A stretch of DNA of 64,000 nucleotides from Gammaproteobacteria bacterium (GTDB lineage: Bacteria > Pseudomonadota > Gammaproteobacteria > Eutrophobiales > Eutrophobiaceae): contig CAXMWX010000005.1 of the NCBI GenBank assembly GCA_963422205.2, forward strand, positions 192,001-256,000, read 5' to 3'. Made by a program: the position numbers and the translations under genes. Shown here one piece after another: positions 1-11,370 of the stretch (within the stretch, counting starts at the first letter, position 1; every line of letters begins with the position of its first letter). The notes beneath the pieces are model-generated. The model was given only the letters and a program-made list of their open reading frames with translations. It was not told the DNA's origin and searched no databases.

Positions 1-13
1 TGTCACTAACTTC

Positions 14-319
14 TCACCAGCTTGCTTTAACCAGGCCCGGAATATCACCGCGCATGGCCGCTTCGCGTAATTTATTTCTGGACAGGCCAAACTTCCGGTA
101 ATAACCATGGGGTCGACCGGACAAGGCGCAGCGATTACGCAAACGGCTTTTGCTGGTGTCTCTTGGCATCTTGTTCAGCGTGATATGCGCTGCTTTACGC
201 TCCTCTTCGCTCAACGACATATCTTTGATGATTGCCTTAAGTCCTGCCCGTTTGTTCGCATATTTTTCTACCTGTCTGCGCCGCCTGGCTTCCCGGTTGA
301 CCATGGATGCTTTTGCCAT
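14..319 (-). CDS. rpsN: 30S ribosomal protein S14 (zinc-free long form)
   Basis: 101 aa, RNRC...[14 protein letters not shown]...GLVKASW; spc operon order. Confidence 0.98.
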   Translation of the reverse strand: MAKASMVNREARRRRQVEKYANKRAGLKAIIKDMSLSEEERKAAHITLNKMPRDTSKSRLRNRCALSGRPHGYYRKFGLSRNKLREAAMRGDIPGLVKASW

Positions 320-350
320 AATGCGTTATCTCTTGTTAAGGTTAATTCGT

Positions 351-890
351 TTATTGCCGAACAGGAAATTTAAAGGCCAGTAACAGGGCCTTCGCTTCTT
401 CGTCTGTTTTTGCGGATGTCGTGATCGTAACATCCATGCCTCGTAGCTTGTCGATCCTGTCATAATCAATTTCCGGGAAGATGATCTGCTCTTTCACGCC
501 CATGCTGTAATTGCCTCTGCCATCGAAAGCACGCGGGCTTAGACCACGAAAATCACGAATGCGCGGGATCGCTATGCTGATCAAGCGATCCAGAAATTCA
601 TACATTCTTTGTCTGCGTAATGTGACCTTGCAGCCATTGGGATACCCTTCTCTTACCTTAAAATTAGCAACAGATTTTCTGGCGTTGGTTACCACCGGCT
701 TTTGCCCGGCGATCAAAGTCATATCCTGTAGCGCATGTTCAATGACTTTTTTATCAGCAACCGCTTCACCCAGGCCCATGTTCAAGGTGATCTTGGTAAT
801 CCGCGGCACTTCCATCACGGATTGATAAGCAAACTGCCCGGTCAACTTTGCGATGACCTCGGTCTTGTAGAATTCCTGTAATCTGGACAT
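351..890 (-). CDS. rplE: 50S ribosomal protein L5
   Basis: [25 protein letters not shown] motifs. Confidence 0.98.
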   Translation of the reverse strand: MSRLQEFYKTEVIAKLTGQFAYQSVMEVPRITKITLNMGLGEAVADKKVIEHALQDMTLIAGQKPVVTNARKSVANFKVREGYPNGCKVTLRRQRMYEFLDRLISIAIPRIRDFRGLSPRAFDGRGNYSMGVKEQIIFPEIDYDRIDKLRGMDVTITTSAKTDEEAKALLLAFKFPVRQ

Positions 891-944
891 GGCCTGCTCT
901 GCTGTTAAATCTGTTCGTCTGACTTGCCTTGTGCTTAACGCGTA

Positions 945-1265
945 TTAAACGTCAATCACCTCATTGGTGGATTTAAAGTAACGCACCTTGGTGCCATCTT
1001 CCAAAAACCTGAACCCGGCCCGGTCAGCCTTGTTGGTCACCGGATTGAAGATAGCCACATTAGACACATCAATCGGCATTTCTTTTTCAATGATGCCGCC
1101 CGGTATGCCCTGCACAGGGTTGCCCTTGGTGTGGCGCTTCACGGTATTGACATTCTCCACGATGACTTTTGCTTTCGCTGTTATCACAGCGAGCACGACA
1201 CCGCGCCTGCCCTTGTCTTTGCCGGCAAGCACGATGACCTCATCACCTTTTTTAATCTTGTTCAT
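945..1265 (-). CDS. rplX: 50S ribosomal protein L24
   Basis: KOW motif [15 protein letters not shown]. Confidence 0.98.
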   Translation of the reverse strand: MNKIKKGDEVIVLAGKDKGRRGVVLAVITAKAKVIVENVNTVKRHTKGNPVQGIPGGIIEKEMPIDVSNVAIFNPVTNKADRAGFRFLEDGTKVRYFKSTNEVIDV

Positions 1266-1275
1266 GCACTAATCG

Positions 1276-1644
1276 CTAAAGGACTTCCGGTGCCAGAGAG
1301 ATGATCTTCATAAAGTTCTCACTTCGCAATTCTCGTGTCACCGGGCCAAAGATACGTGTACCTATCGGCTGTCGCTGATTATTCAGCAACACAGCAGCAT
1401 TGCTGTCAAAACGGATCAGTGAACCGTCAGGACGCCGTATGCCCTTGCGGGTACGGACAACAACGGCATGATACATTTCGCCTTTTTTCACCCTGCCGCG
1501 TGGAATGGCCTCTTTTACACTGACCTTGATTATATCACCGACCCGGGCATACCGGCGCTTCGAACCACCTAATACCTTAACACACATGAGCCGGCGTGCT
1601 CCGCTGTTATCAGCAGCCTCTAAAACGGTTTGCATCTGGATCAT
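1276..1644 (-). CDS. rplN: 50S ribosomal protein L14
   Basis: MIQMQT...ADNSGAR...[10 protein letters not shown]. Confidence 0.99.
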   Translation of the reverse strand: MIQMQTVLEAADNSGARRLMCVKVLGGSKRRYARVGDIIKVSVKEAIPRGRVKKGEMYHAVVVRTRKGIRRPDGSLIRFDSNAAVLLNNQRQPIGTRIFGPVTRELRSENFMKIISLAPEVL

Positions 1645-1680
1645 GTTCGCATTCCAATTATCAGTCGACCGGCAAAACCC

Positions 1681-1962
1681 TTAGACTTCCTGGGCCCTGG
1701 TGATGATTTTTTGCAGCCGCCAGGCCTTCCTCCTGGAGATGGGTCTGGAGGACTCGATCACGACCATATCACCTTCATTGCATTCATTATGTTCATCATG
1801 CGCCAATAGTCGGGTTGAACGCCGAATATATTTCCCATACAGCGGATGCTTGACTGTCCTTTGAATTAACACTGAAACAGACTTGTCCATCCGGTTACTG
1901 ACCACCCGACCAGTCAAGGTTCTTGATGTTCTTTTGGGGGGCGTTTTTGCAGCCTCATTCAT
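1681..1962 (-). CDS. rpsQ: 30S ribosomal protein S17
   Basis: [28 protein letters not shown]. Confidence 0.97.
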   Translation of the reverse strand: MNEAAKTPPKRTSRTLTGRVVSNRMDKSVSVLIQRTVKHPLYGKYIRRSTRLLAHDEHNECNEGDMVVIESSRPISRRKAWRLQKIITRAQEV

Positions 1963-2168
1963 TCAACTCGCTCGCTATCGTTTGCTTTCATTTCATGCAG
2001 CACGGTTTTGATTCGTGCAATATCGCGCCGCACCTGCTTGAATTCACTGGGTTTGCCAAGCTGGCCTGAGCCTTTCTGCATACGCAGGTTAAACAACTTG
2101 CGCCAGCAGTCGCCAAGCATGGTGTTTAACTCCTCCGGCGTTTTATCTCGTAAATCCGCTGCTTGCAT
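1959..2168 (-). CDS. rpmC: 50S ribosomal protein L29
   Basis: LFNLRMQ...[10 protein letters not shown]; S10 operon order. Confidence 0.96.
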   Translation of the reverse strand: MQAADLRDKTPEELNTMLGDCWRKLFNLRMQKGSGQLGKPSEFKQVRRDIARIKTVLHEMKANDSERVE

Positions 2169-2582
2169 TTATAACATCGTCCGGTTCACAAACGTTGTCT
2201 TTACCGGCAGCTTGGCGGCGGCAAGCCGGAATGCCTGACGTGCCAGCTCCTCAGATACACCTTCAATTTCATACAACATCTTGCCAGGCTGAATCTGTGC
2301 TACCCAATACTCCACATTACCTTTCCCGCCACCCATTCTGACTTCCAGCGGCTTTTTGCTGATCGGCTTATCCGGGAATATCCGTATCCATAGCTTGCCG
2401 CCGCGCTTCACCGTACGTGTGATGGTGCGTCTTGCCGCCTCAATCTGGCGGGCAGTAATCCGGCCGCGCCCAGCCGCCTTCAGGCCATACTCACCGAAGC
2501 TGACCTTGTTACCGTTAAAGGCCAGGCCCCTGTTTCTGGACTTGCTCTGTTTTCTGAACTTTGTTCTTTTCGGCTGTAACAT
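2169..2582 (-). CDS. rplP: 50S ribosomal protein L16
   Basis: [23 protein letters not shown]. Confidence 0.98.
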   Translation of the reverse strand: MLQPKRTKFRKQSKSRNRGLAFNGNKVSFGEYGLKAAGRGRITARQIEAARRTITRTVKRGGKLWIRIFPDKPISKKPLEVRMGGGKGNVEYWVAQIQPGKMLYEIEGVSEELARQAFRLAAAKLPVKTTFVNRTML

Positions 2583-2598
2583 GTATGCACCTTATCCC

Positions 2599-3273
2599 TC
2601 AAGATGAAGCGGTTTGTGCGGCTTCCTCTTCCTGCTTCTCTTCCCGGCTGAAAACCTCACCTTTGAATATCCACACCTTCACGCCTATCACACCATAAGT
2701 CGTGCTGGCCCTGGCAAGGCCGTAATCAATATCAGCACGCAGGGTGTGTAATGGGACACGTCCTTCTCGGTACCATTCAGAGCGGGCGATCTCGGCACCA
2801 TTCAAGCGACCAGCAACATTGATCTTGACGCCCAACGCCCCCAGGCGCATGGTATTCGTGACAGCACGTTTCATCGCCCGGCGAAACATAATACGTCTCT
2901 CGATCTGCTGGGCAACACTCTCAGCAACTAAATGTGCATCCAGTTCAGGCTTTCTGATCTCCTCCACACTGACACTTGCACGCACCCCCATCATCGTGGA
3001 GACTTCCTGGCGCAACTTGTCGATGTCCTCACCTTTTTTACCAATCACAATGCCAGGGCGGGCGGTATGAATGATCACATGGGCATTATCGGCATGGCGT
3101 TCGATCTGAATACGACTGACAGACGCATTCGCCAGTTTACTCCGAAGATGCTGGCGCACTTTAAGATCCGTATGCAGATAAGCCGCATATTCCTGTGAAC
3201 CGGTAAACCAGGTTGACGTCCAGTCTTTAATAATGCCCAGACGAATACCTGTCGGATGAACTTTTTGTCCCAT
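2599..3273 (-). CDS. rpsC: 30S ribosomal protein S3
   Basis: [28 protein letters not shown]. Confidence 0.99.
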   Translation of the reverse strand: MGQKVHPTGIRLGIIKDWTSTWFTGSQEYAAYLHTDLKVRQHLRSKLANASVSRIQIERHADNAHVIIHTARPGIVIGKKGEDIDKLRQEVSTMMGVRASVSVEEIRKPELDAHLVAESVAQQIERRIMFRRAMKRAVTNTMRLGALGVKINVAGRLNGAEIARSEWYREGRVPLHTLRADIDYGLARASTTYGVIGVKVWIFKGEVFSREEKQEEEAAQTASS

Positions 3274-3278
3274 AAGCG

Positions 3279-3617
3279 TTACTCTTCTGCCCCTGCCACA
3301 GTCACGCTAAGATGACTGGTTCTTTTGATAATCCTGTCGGCCCGGCCTCTGGCTCTGGGGCGTAATCTTTTCAACGTCGGCCCCTGATCAACCATGATGG
3401 CCGAGACGGTCAGCTCATCAATATCAGCCCCATCGTTGTGTTCGGCATTGGCAATCGCCGATTCCAATACCTTCTTGATAATGACCGCCCCTTTTTTATT
3501 GCTGAAGTTCAGGACATTCAGCGCCTTGTCCACTGACAGACCGCGGATCTGATCGGCCAGCAGGCGTAACTTTTGCGGGGCGATGCGCGAATGTCTCAAT
3601 CTTGCTGTTGTCGGCAT
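3279..3617 (-). CDS. rplV: 50S ribosomal protein L22
   Basis: [25 protein letters not shown]. Confidence 0.98.
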   Translation of the reverse strand: MPTTARLRHSRIAPQKLRLLADQIRGLSVDKALNVLNFSNKKGAVIIKKVLESAIANAEHNDGADIDELTVSAIMVDQGPTLKRLRPRARGRADRIIKRTSHLSVTVAGAEE

Positions 3618-3623
3618 GAGTCT

Positions 3624-3896
3624 TTAACCTGTTTTTCTGTCGCCCGCATGCTCGCGGAAGGTACGTGTCAACACAAATTCGCCCAGCTTGTGACCGACCA
3701 TGTTCTCGGTGATAAAGACCGGCAGATGATCCCTGCCATTGTGTACCGCAATCGTCAGCCCGACCATATCCGGCAGGATCATCGAACGCCTGGACCAGGT
3801 CTTGATGGGGCGCTTGTCATTCGATTTCCTGGCCTGCTCCACTTTTTTGAGCAAGTGATGATCCACAAACGGGCCTTTTTTAATTGAACGTGGCAT
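3624..3896 (-). CDS. rpsS: 30S ribosomal protein S19
   Basis: [27 protein letters not shown]. Confidence 0.99.
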   Translation of the reverse strand: MPRSIKKGPFVDHHLLKKVEQARKSNDKRPIKTWSRRSMILPDMVGLTIAVHNGRDHLPVFITENMVGHKLGEFVLTRTFREHAGDRKTG

Positions 3897-3912
3897 CGGT
3901 ATCCTCTGGCTG

Positions 3913-4734
3913 TTACTTGCGTTTACGGACGATCATCGTGTTGGTGCGTTTGTTCTTGCGGGTCTTAAAACCCTTGGTGGGGTTGCCCCAAGGCGTCACC
4001 GGATGCCGGCCACCTGAAGTACGCCCCTCACCACCCCCATGTGGGTGATCGACCGGGTTCATTGCCACCCCGCGCACGGTCGGCCGGATACCACGCCAGC
4101 GCTTCGCCCCGGCTTTACCGAGCTTACGCAGGGCATGCTCACTGTTGCTGACGCTGCCGATCGTGGCACGACACTCCAGCGGCAGCTTACGCATTTCACC
4201 TGAGCGCAGGCGGAGCGTGGCGTGTGCGCCCTCGCGGGCAACCAACTGGACACTGGCACCGGCACTTCTGGCAAGCTGGGCGCCTTTACCCGGCTTCATC
4301 TCAACACAGTGCACCACGGTGCCAACCGGAATATTTCTGATGGGCAGCGCATTACCTGTATCAATCGGCGCTTGTGAACCTGACAGCACTTCATCGCCTG
4401 CATTGATGCCCTCCGGGGCAATAATGTACCGTCGCTCGCCATCGGCATAACATAGCAAGGCCAGATAAGCGGTGCGATTGGGATCGTATTCCAGGCGTTC
4501 CACTCTGGCCTTGATGCCATCTTTATCACGCTTAAAATCAACCAGACGATAGCGCTGTTTGGCACCACCGCCGCGGTGTCTGACAGTGATCCTGCCGTTG
4601 TTGTTACGGCCGGATTTTTTGCTCTGCATCTCAAGCAAAGGCGCATACGGCTTGCCTTTATGCAGATGTTTATTGACGATATGCACCATGGCCCGACGGG
4701 CGGGCGATGTCGGTTTTGATTTAACTAATGCCAT
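3913..4734 (-). CDS. rplB: 50S ribosomal protein L2
   Basis: [22 protein letters not shown]. Confidence 0.99.
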   Translation of the reverse strand: MALVKSKPTSPARRAMVHIVNKHLHKGKPYAPLLEMQSKKSGRNNNGRITVRHRGGGAKQRYRLVDFKRDKDGIKARVERLEYDPNRTAYLALLCYADGERRYIIAPEGINAGDEVLSGSQAPIDTGNALPIRNIPVGTVVHCVEMKPGKGAQLARSAGASVQLVAREGAHATLRLRSGEMRKLPLECRATIGSVSNSEHALRKLGKAGAKRWRGIRPTVRGVAMNPVDHPHGGGEGRTSGGRHPVTPWGNPTKGFKTRKNKRTNTMIVRKRK

Positions 4735-4757
4735 GAGCTTTACCTGGTCTGTCCTGT

Positions 4758-5051
4758 TTAAGCGCCGACAAAGTCGATATCAAAGCCGGGCTTTAATGTC
4801 ACATAGGCTTTTTTCCAGTCAGCACGCCGACCACGCTTCATCTTGAAAGTCTTGCGCTTGCCTTTGACATTGCTGGTCTGCACCGACTGCACTTGTACTT
4901 CAAACATCTCCTCCACCGCCCGTCTGATTTCCGGCTTGGTCGCATCGCTTAGCACCCGAAAGACAAACTGCTTGTACTTATCACCAAGCAAGGTGGATTT
5001 TTCAGTCACCCTGGGCTCCAGCAAGATGCACATCAGCCTTTCGTCTTTCAT
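4758..5051 (-). CDS. rplW: 50S ribosomal protein L23
   Basis: [15 protein letters not shown]. Confidence 0.98.
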   Translation of the reverse strand: MKDERLMCILLEPRVTEKSTLLGDKYKQFVFRVLSDATKPEIRRAVEEMFEVQVQSVQTSNVKGKRKTFKMKRGRRADWKKAYVTLKPGFDIDFVGA

Positions 5052-5665
5052 GAGAGCCAGGACTCCACTTTCTCAATGGCTGCCTGTGTGATTAATACGT
5101 GTGCAAAGGCAAGCAGACGATAGGGATCAAGTGCCTGCATGGCAATGACATCCACCCTGGGCAGATTGCGGGTGGCGAGATACAGATTCTCACTCACTTC
5201 CTCTGTGACCAGCAGCACATCCGTCAAACCGAGGGCCTTCAGCATGGCTGACGCCGCCCGGGTTTTCGGTGCCTTGAACTCCACAGTATCGATAGCGCTC
5301 AAGCGTTCCTGCCTGGCTAACTCTGACAAAATGACGCGCATTGCACCACGATACATTTTCTTATTGACCTTGAGGCGATGATCACGGGGCCTGGCTGCAA
5401 AGGTGACACCACCACCTCGCCAGAGCGGGCTGCGGATAGTGCCAGCACGCGCCCTGCCAGTGCCTTTCTGACGCCAGGGCTTACGACCACCGCCGCGCAC
5501 AGCGGCGCGGTTTTTTTGCGCTTTTGTCCCGGCCCGTGAGGCTGACATAAAGGCACTGAGCACCTGATGCACCAAGGCTTCGTTGTAAGCGGCGGCAAAC
5601 ACGGCATCAGAGACTTCAAGTCTGGCCGGGGTTTTCCTGCCCGCCTTGTGTAATACCAGTTGCAT
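5048..5665 (-). CDS. rplD: 50S ribosomal protein L4
   Basis: [14 protein letters not shown]. Confidence 0.98.
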   Translation of the reverse strand: MQLVLHKAGRKTPARLEVSDAVFAAAYNEALVHQVLSAFMSASRAGTKAQKNRAAVRGGGRKPWRQKGTGRARAGTIRSPLWRGGGVTFAARPRDHRLKVNKKMYRGAMRVILSELARQERLSAIDTVEFKAPKTRAASAMLKALGLTDVLLVTEEVSENLYLATRNLPRVDVIAMQALDPYRLLAFAHVLITQAAIEKVESWLS

Positions 5666-5668
5666 GGG

Positions 5669-6307
5669 CTATGCCTTCACCGCCGGTTTGATGATGACCC
5701 GGCCACCCTTGGCGCCAGGCACTGAGCCTTTTATCAAAACGAGATGACGCGCAACATCCACTTTCACGACTTCCAGGTTCTGGACAGTGCGCCTGACATT
5801 ACCCATCTGTCCTGCCATTTTTTTACCCTTGAACACCCGACCCGGCGTCTGACATTGCCCGGTAGAACCCGGGGCGCGATGCGCCAGTGAGTTACCGTGC
5901 GTGGCACGTTGGGCACGGAAATTATGCCGCTTAATCACCCCCGCATACCCCTTGCCAATCGTGGTGCCAACCACATCAACCTTCTGCCCTTCAGCAAAGA
6001 TATCCACCGTAAACTCCTTACCGGGCGCCAATGCGTCAGCTTCACTGCCGGTCAGGCGAAACTCGATCAAGCCTTCCGCATTATCAACCCCGGCTTTTGC
6101 CAGAGTCCCTGCGGCTGGCTTACTGATCAGATGGCGGCGTTTACTGCCATGAGCAAAATGCACCGCACGATAACCCTCTTTTTCCACATCGGTCAGGCGA
6201 ATGAGGCGATTGGGAACCGCTTCGACCACAGTGACAGGAATGGACCGGCCTGCTGCCGTGAAGATGCGGGTCATGCCGCGTTTTTTGCCTACCAGTCCAA
6301 TACTCAT
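5669..6307 (-). CDS. rplC: 50S ribosomal protein L3
   Basis: [25 protein letters not shown]. Confidence 0.98.
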   Translation of the reverse strand: MSIGLVGKKRGMTRIFTAAGRSIPVTVVEAVPNRLIRLTDVEKEGYRAVHFAHGSKRRHLISKPAAGTLAKAGVDNAEGLIEFRLTGSEADALAPGKEFTVDIFAEGQKVDVVGTTIGKGYAGVIKRHNFRAQRATHGNSLAHRAPGSTGQCQTPGRVFKGKKMAGQMGNVRRTVQNLEVVKVDVARHLVLIKGSVPGAKGGRVIIKPAVKA

Positions 6308-6349
6308 CTGCTTAACTCCACTATCTCTTCACTTATAAATCTAAGCCGG

Positions 6350-6667
6350 TTAATTCAGCTTAATCTGCACATCAACGCCAGCGGCTAACTCCAGCTTCAT
6401 TAGCGCATCAACGGTTTTGTCTGTCGGGTTGATGATGTCCATCAATCTTTTATGCGTGCGAATCTCATATTGATCACGGGCGTCTTTGTTGACGTGTGGG
6501 GAGATCAACACCGTGAACCGCTCTTTCTTGGTCGGCAAGGGAATCGGCCCTTTCACCTGCGCCCCGGTGCGACGTGCTGTTTCCACGATCTCCCGGGTGG
6601 ACTGATCGATCAGCCGGTGATCAAATGCCTTGAGCCGAATGCGTATATTTTGTTTGTTATCTGCCAT
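6350..6667 (-). CDS. rpsJ: 30S ribosomal protein S10
   Basis: [17 protein letters not shown]; start set at ATG 6667 (MADNKQ). Confidence 0.97.
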   Translation of the reverse strand: MADNKQNIRIRLKAFDHRLIDQSTREIVETARRTGAQVKGPIPLPTKKERFTVLISPHVNKDARDQYEIRTHKRLMDIINPTDKTVDALMKLELAAGVDVQIKLN

Positions 6668-6682
6668 ATTGCTTGTCTCTGA

Positions 6683-7892
6683 AGCCAACCCCATCCTTCA
6701 AGCTATTCAATAATGTTAGCGACTACCCCGGCACCCACAGTACGACCCCCCTCACGAATAGCAAAGCGCAAGCCCTCCTCCATCGCTATCGGGTTAATCA
6801 GGCTCACTACCAGCTTGATGTTATCCCCCGGCATCACCATCTCAGCCCCCTCCGGCAATTCTACCGCCCCGGTCACATCGGTCGTGCGAAAATAAAACTG
6901 TGGCCGGTAATTACTGAAAAACGGGGTGTGCCGGCCGCCCTCCTCTTTGCTCAATACATACACTTCGCACTCAAACCGGGTATGTGGCGTAATGCTGCCA
7001 GGCACACATAACACCTGCCCCCGCTCAACCTCTTCCCGTTTCGTGCCACGCAGCAACACGCCGACATTATCCCCCGCCTGCCCCTCATCTAAGAGCTTGC
7101 GAAACATCTCCACGCCGGTGCAGGTGGTCTTCATGGTCTCCTTAATCCCGACTATCTCTATCTCATCGCCAACCTTCACTATCCCGCGCTCCACCCGACC
7201 GGTCACTACCGTGCCCCGACCACTGATGGAGAACACGTCTTCTATCGGCAGCAGAAAGGGCTGTGAGACCGGCCGCTCCGGTACCGGGATGTAGGTATCC
7301 ATCGCCGCCACCAGCTTCTCTATCGAGGCACGGCCAAGCTCGCCCTCATCGCCCTCCAGGGCCTTCAATGCGCTGCCAGTGACCACCGGTGTCTCATCAC
7401 CAGGAAACTCATAGCTGTCCAGCAGCTCCCTCACCTCCATCTCCACCAATTCCAGCAGCTCGGCATCGTCCACCTGGTCGGCCTTGTTCATGTACACCAC
7501 GATCTTCGGTACACCCACCTGACGTGCCAGCAGGATATGCTCACGGGTCTGGGGCATCGGGCCATCCGCTGCGCTCACCACCAGCACCGCCCCGTCCATC
7601 TGCGCCGCACCGGTGATCATGTTCTTCACATAGTCCGCATGACCCGGACAATCCACATGGGCATAGTGGCGGGTCTCGCTCTCATACTCCACATGGGCTG
7701 TGGCTATGGTAATCCCGCGGGCGCGCTCCTCCGGGGCATTGTCTATCTGCTCGTAGGCCTTCGCCTCGCCGCCAAACTTCAATGACATCGTCTTCGTTAT
7801 CGCCGCCGTCAAAGTCGTCTTGCCATGATCTACATGGCCTATCGTGCCAACATTTACATGCGACTTCGTGCGCTCAAATTTCGCCTTGGACA
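6683..7892. repeat. Direct repeat copy 1 of the tuf locus (copy 2 at 23740-24949)
   Basis: Same 396-aa translation and identical shadow ORFs at offset 17057; spot-checked DNA identical; identity includes 20 nt 3' of the stop. Confidence 0.92.
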
Positions 7893-7893
7893 C
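6703..7893 (-). CDS. tufA: Elongation factor Tu (str operon copy, GTG start)
   Basis: [20 protein letters not shown]; directly downstream of fusA. Confidence 0.99.
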   Translation of the reverse strand: MSKAKFERTKSHVNVGTIGHVDHGKTTLTAAITKTMSLKFGGEAKAYEQIDNAPEERARGITIATAHVEYESETRHYAHVDCPGHADYVKNMITGAAQMDGAVLVVSAADGPMPQTREHILLARQVGVPKIVVYMNKADQVDDAELLELVEMEVRELLDSYEFPGDETPVVTGSALKALEGDEGELGRASIEKLVAAMDTYIPVPERPVSQPFLLPIEDVFSISGRGTVVTGRVERGIVKVGDEIEIVGIKETMKTTCTGVEMFRKLLDEGQAGDNVGVLLRGTKREEVERGQVLCVPGSITPHTRFECEVYVLSKEEGGRHTPFFSNYRPQFYFRTTDVTGAVELPEGAEMVMPGDNIKLVVSLINPIAMEEGLRFAIREGGRTVGAGVVANIIE

Positions 7894-7948
7894 TGTTCTC
7901 TACCTCATTCGTTTGCAGTTGCTGTTATTTGCCCTGCTGCTCTCAAGT

Positions 7949-10051
7949 TTATTGGGGTTTACTGATAATTGCCTCGGCAATATTCGGGGGAACCGGGTTA
8001 TATTTGGCAAATTCCATCGTGTAAGTGGCGCGGCCCTGGGTTGCCGAGCGCAGATCCGTGGCGTAACCAAACATCTCTGACAGCGGCACCTCGGCGCGGA
8101 CGATCTTGCCCGCAGCGGAGTCCTCCGTACCTGAGAGTATGCCTCGGCGGCGGTTCAGATCACCGGTGACAGCCCCCAGATAATCCTCGGGCGTCACCAC
8201 TTCCACACTCATCATCGGCTCCAGCAAAATGGGGGCCGCCTGGCCAGCCCCTGCCTTAAACCCCATGGAACCGGCGATCTTGAAGGCCATTTCACTGGAA
8301 TCGACCTCATGAAACGAGCCGTCAAACAGAGTAACCTTGACATCCACCACCGGATAACCGGCAATCACCCCGTTGCCCATCTGCTCCTGAATTCCTTTAT
8401 CCACGGCCGGGATGTACTCTTTGGGAATTGCCCCGCCAACGATCTCATTAATAAACTCATAGCCGCTGCCGGTATCCTGCGGCTCGATCTTCAACACCAC
8501 ATGACCATACTGCCCGCGACCACCGGATTGCCGGACAAATTTTCCCTCGACCTTCTCCACCGGCTTTTTGATGGTCTCGCGATAAGCCACCCGTGGCTTG
8601 CCGACATTGGCCTCCACCTTGAACTCGCGCTTTAGGCGGTCAACAATGATCTCCAGATGCAATTCACCCATGCCGGAGATGATCGTCTGGCCGGATTCCT
8701 CATCGGTATGCACACGAAACGAGGGATCTTCCTGCGCCAGCTTGCCCAATGCCACCCCCATTTTTTCCTGATCGGGTTTCGTCTTTGGCTCAACGGCAAC
8801 CGAGATAACCGGCTCAGGAAATTCCATTCTCTCCAGCGTAAGCACGGCATTGTTATCGCACAGTGTGTCCCCGGTGGTGACATCTTTCAGGCCGACCGCC
8901 GCGGCAATATCGCCCGCATGCACTTCCTTGATCTCCTCGCGGCTGTTGGAGTGCATCTGTAACAGGCGACCGATACGTTCTTTTTTGTGTTTAACCGGAT
9001 TGAAAACCGCATCACCGGAATTCAACACGCCGGAATACACCCGAAAGAATGTCAAGGTGCCGACAAAGGGATCGGTGGCGATCTTAAACGCCAGGGCGGA
9101 AAACGGCTCGGCATCATCCGCATGACGTTCAGCCTCGGTTTCCTTGCCATCATCGAGAATGCCTTTGATGGCTGGCACATCCACAGGGGCCGGCAGGTAA
9201 TCAATAACGGCATCCAGCATCGCCTGTACGCCTTTGTTCTTAAAGGCCGACCCGCATAAGGTGGGGACAATTTCGTTGTTTAAGGTGCGTAGCCTGAGCC
9301 CTTCCCTGATCTGCGCCGGGGTCAACTCGCCTGCCTCCAGATACGCCTCCATCAACGGCTCGTTTGCCTCCGCCGCCGCTTCCATCATCTGCTCGCGCCA
9401 GCGTTCACAATCGACCAGCATCGCCTCCGGGATATCCTGCTCCTTAAACTTCACGCCCATGTTTTCCTGCTCCCAGTAAATGGCCTTCATCTTGATGAGA
9501 TCAACAATACCGGCAAAGCCATCTTCCGCCCCTATGGGTAATTGCACTGGCACCGGGTGGCTGCCAAGTCGGGTCTTTATCTGCTCAACCACGCGCAAAA
9601 AATCAGCGCCTGCGCGATCCATTTTGTTGACGAATGCCATGCGAGGGACGTGATATTTATTCGCCTGACGCCAGACTGTCTCAGACTGCGGCTCCACCCC
9701 GCCGACCGCACAAAATACCGCACAGGCCCCATCCAGCACACGCAAAGAGCGCTCTACCTCAATGGTAAAATCCACATGGCCGGGGGTGTCGATGATGTTG
9801 ATGCGATGCTCCTCAGCGTTGCCCTCCATACCACGCCAGAAGCAGGTGGTGGCAGCGGATGTGATGGTGATGCCGCGCTCCTGCTCCTGTTCCATCCAGT
9901 CCATGGTAGCGGCGCCATCATGCACTTCGCCGATCTTGTGAGACACACCGGTGTAGTAGAGAATGCGCTCGGTGGTGGTCGTCTTGCCAGCATCAATATG
10001 GGCCATGATGCCGATATTGCGGTAGCGTTCGATAGGGGTATGACGTGCCAT
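7949..10051 (-). CDS. fusA: Elongation factor G
   Basis: [17 protein letters not shown]; start set at ATG 10051 ([14 protein letters not shown]), 700 aa. Confidence 0.98.
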   Translation of the reverse strand: MARHTPIERYRNIGIMAHIDAGKTTTTERILYYTGVSHKIGEVHDGAATMDWMEQEQERGITITSAATTCFWRGMEGNAEEHRINIIDTPGHVDFTIEVERSLRVLDGACAVFCAVGGVEPQSETVWRQANKYHVPRMAFVNKMDRAGADFLRVVEQIKTRLGSHPVPVQLPIGAEDGFAGIVDLIKMKAIYWEQENMGVKFKEQDIPEAMLVDCERWREQMMEAAAEANEPLMEAYLEAGELTPAQIREGLRLRTLNNEIVPTLCGSAFKNKGVQAMLDAVIDYLPAPVDVPAIKGILDDGKETEAERHADDAEPFSALAFKIATDPFVGTLTFFRVYSGVLNSGDAVFNPVKHKKERIGRLLQMHSNSREEIKEVHAGDIAAAVGLKDVTTGDTLCDNNAVLTLERMEFPEPVISVAVEPKTKPDQEKMGVALGKLAQEDPSFRVHTDEESGQTIISGMGELHLEIIVDRLKREFKVEANVGKPRVAYRETIKKPVEKVEGKFVRQSGGRGQYGHVVLKIEPQDTGSGYEFINEIVGGAIPKEYIPAVDKGIQEQMGNGVIAGYPVVDVKVTLFDGSFHEVDSSEMAFKIAGSMGFKAGAGQAAPILLEPMMSVEVVTPEDYLGAVTGDLNRRRGILSGTEDSAAGKIVRAEVPLSEMFGYATDLRSATQGRATYTMEFAKYNPVPPNIAEAIISKPQ

Positions 10052-10073
10052 GGGTATCATTCTGCCTCGGTAC

Positions 10074-10544
10074 TTACCAGCGATAATGCGAAAATGCCCT
10101 GTTGGCCTCGGCCATCTTGTGGGTATCTTCACGTCTTCTGATCGCTGTGCCACGATTGTCTGCCGCATCCAGCAACTCCCCGGCCAGGCGCAAGCCCATA
10201 TTTTTCTCGCCACGGTTTTTTGCCGCCCCCACCAGCCAGCGCATAGCCAGGGTCATGGCCCGGTCCTGGCGAACTTCTATCGGGATCTGATACGTTGCAC
10301 CACCCACGCGCCTGGATTTAACCTCCACCACCGGGCGCAGGTTGTGCAGCGCTTGATTAAACAACTCCAGCGAGTCTGCATTTCTCTTCCGGCCAATCTC
10401 ATCCAGTGCGCCATAGACGATCTTCTCGGCGATGGATTTCTTGCCGTGGCGCATCAGCATATTGATAAACTTGGCCAGCACTTTATCGTGATATTTCGGG
10501 TCGGGCAGAATTTCCCGCTTCTCTGCAACTCGTCTTCTGGACAT
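10074..10544 (-). CDS. rpsG: 30S ribosomal protein S7
   Basis: MSRRR start at 10544, [23 protein letters not shown]. Confidence 0.98.
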   Translation of the reverse strand: MSRRRVAEKREILPDPKYHDKVLAKFINMLMRHGKKSIAEKIVYGALDEIGRKRNADSLELFNQALHNLRPVVEVKSRRVGGATYQIPIEVRQDRAMTLAMRWLVGAAKNRGEKNMGLRLAGELLDAADNRGTAIRRREDTHKMAEANRAFSHYRW

Positions 10545-10575
10545 GGCTGGCGACTTACCAAGGTTATAATGTGGG

Positions 10576-10950
10576 TTACGATTTGGGTTTCTTGGCGCCG
10601 TATTTGGAACGCGCCTGGCGCCGGTCGGCAACGCCGGAAGTATCCAGGGTGCCGCGCACGGTGTGATAGCGCACACCGGGCAGGTCCTTCACACGTCCAC
10701 CGCGGATTAAAATGACCGAGTGTTCCTGGAGGTTATGACCTTCTCCGCCGATATACGTGGTCACTTCCTGGCCGTTGGTCAAGCGTACCCGCGCCACTTT
10801 ACGCAGGGCCGAATTGGGCTTTTTCGGCGTGGTGGTATACACCCGGGTACAGACCCCGCGCCTTTGCGGACATGCCTGCAAGGCGGGCACATTGCTCTTG
10901 GCCTTTTGCCGCTTCCTTGGCTTTCGCACTAACTGGTTGATCGTAGACAT
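10576..10950 (-). CDS. rpsL: 30S ribosomal protein S12
   Basis: [28 protein letters not shown] (streptomycin-sensitive residues retained). Confidence 0.99.
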   Translation of the reverse strand: MSTINQLVRKPRKRQKAKSNVPALQACPQRRGVCTRVYTTTPKKPNSALRKVARVRLTNGQEVTTYIGGEGHNLQEHSVILIRGGRVKDLPGVRYHTVRGTLDTSGVADRRQARSKYGAKKPKS

Positions 10951-11325
10951 AAAAATACAACTTCCTCTCACTTTTATTGTAAATAAACCCGGCTTTTTCA
11001 AAGCAAAAATACGCCACAGGGACGGCCGCCCATCAAGCCGAATGGGTCATGTCAGTTATGAGAATTTGAACAGATACGCTTCATACGCATTAAAGATACG
11101 TCTCTGTCCCCTAAAGCCACTACGATACGGGTGACTGTGCAGCACGGGTGCTGCCATTTTTCAGCATAAAGCGGCTGACAAAATAACGAAAAACCTGCCT
11201 GTTGCAGATCTTCCTCGCCCTAAAAACCGATTGCCTGAAAACGACTGGATTAAACGGGCGCTTATTTTAAGGAGTCGCTTAATCTACCGGGCTAAAACCA
11301 CATTACCCCAGTAAAAAAGAGCGGA

Positions 11326-11355
11326 ATTGTATGGCCTTCACAGTACGGCTGTCAA
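11326..11355 (-). promoter_or_regulatory. sigma70 promoter of the str operon
   Basis: TTGACA-18nt-TACAAT on the minus strand followed by TCCGC, just past the rpoC stop. Confidence 0.7.
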
Positions 11356-11370
11356 GCCTCAAATATCCGC

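Noticed and set aside
10052-10213. N-terminal extension of EF-G in the ORF track (754 aa)
   Set aside because: Overlaps rpsG; homology begins at ATG 10051. Similar over-extensions were trimmed for rpsG, rpsL, rpsJ, rpoB, rplL, secB, rsmB and trkH.
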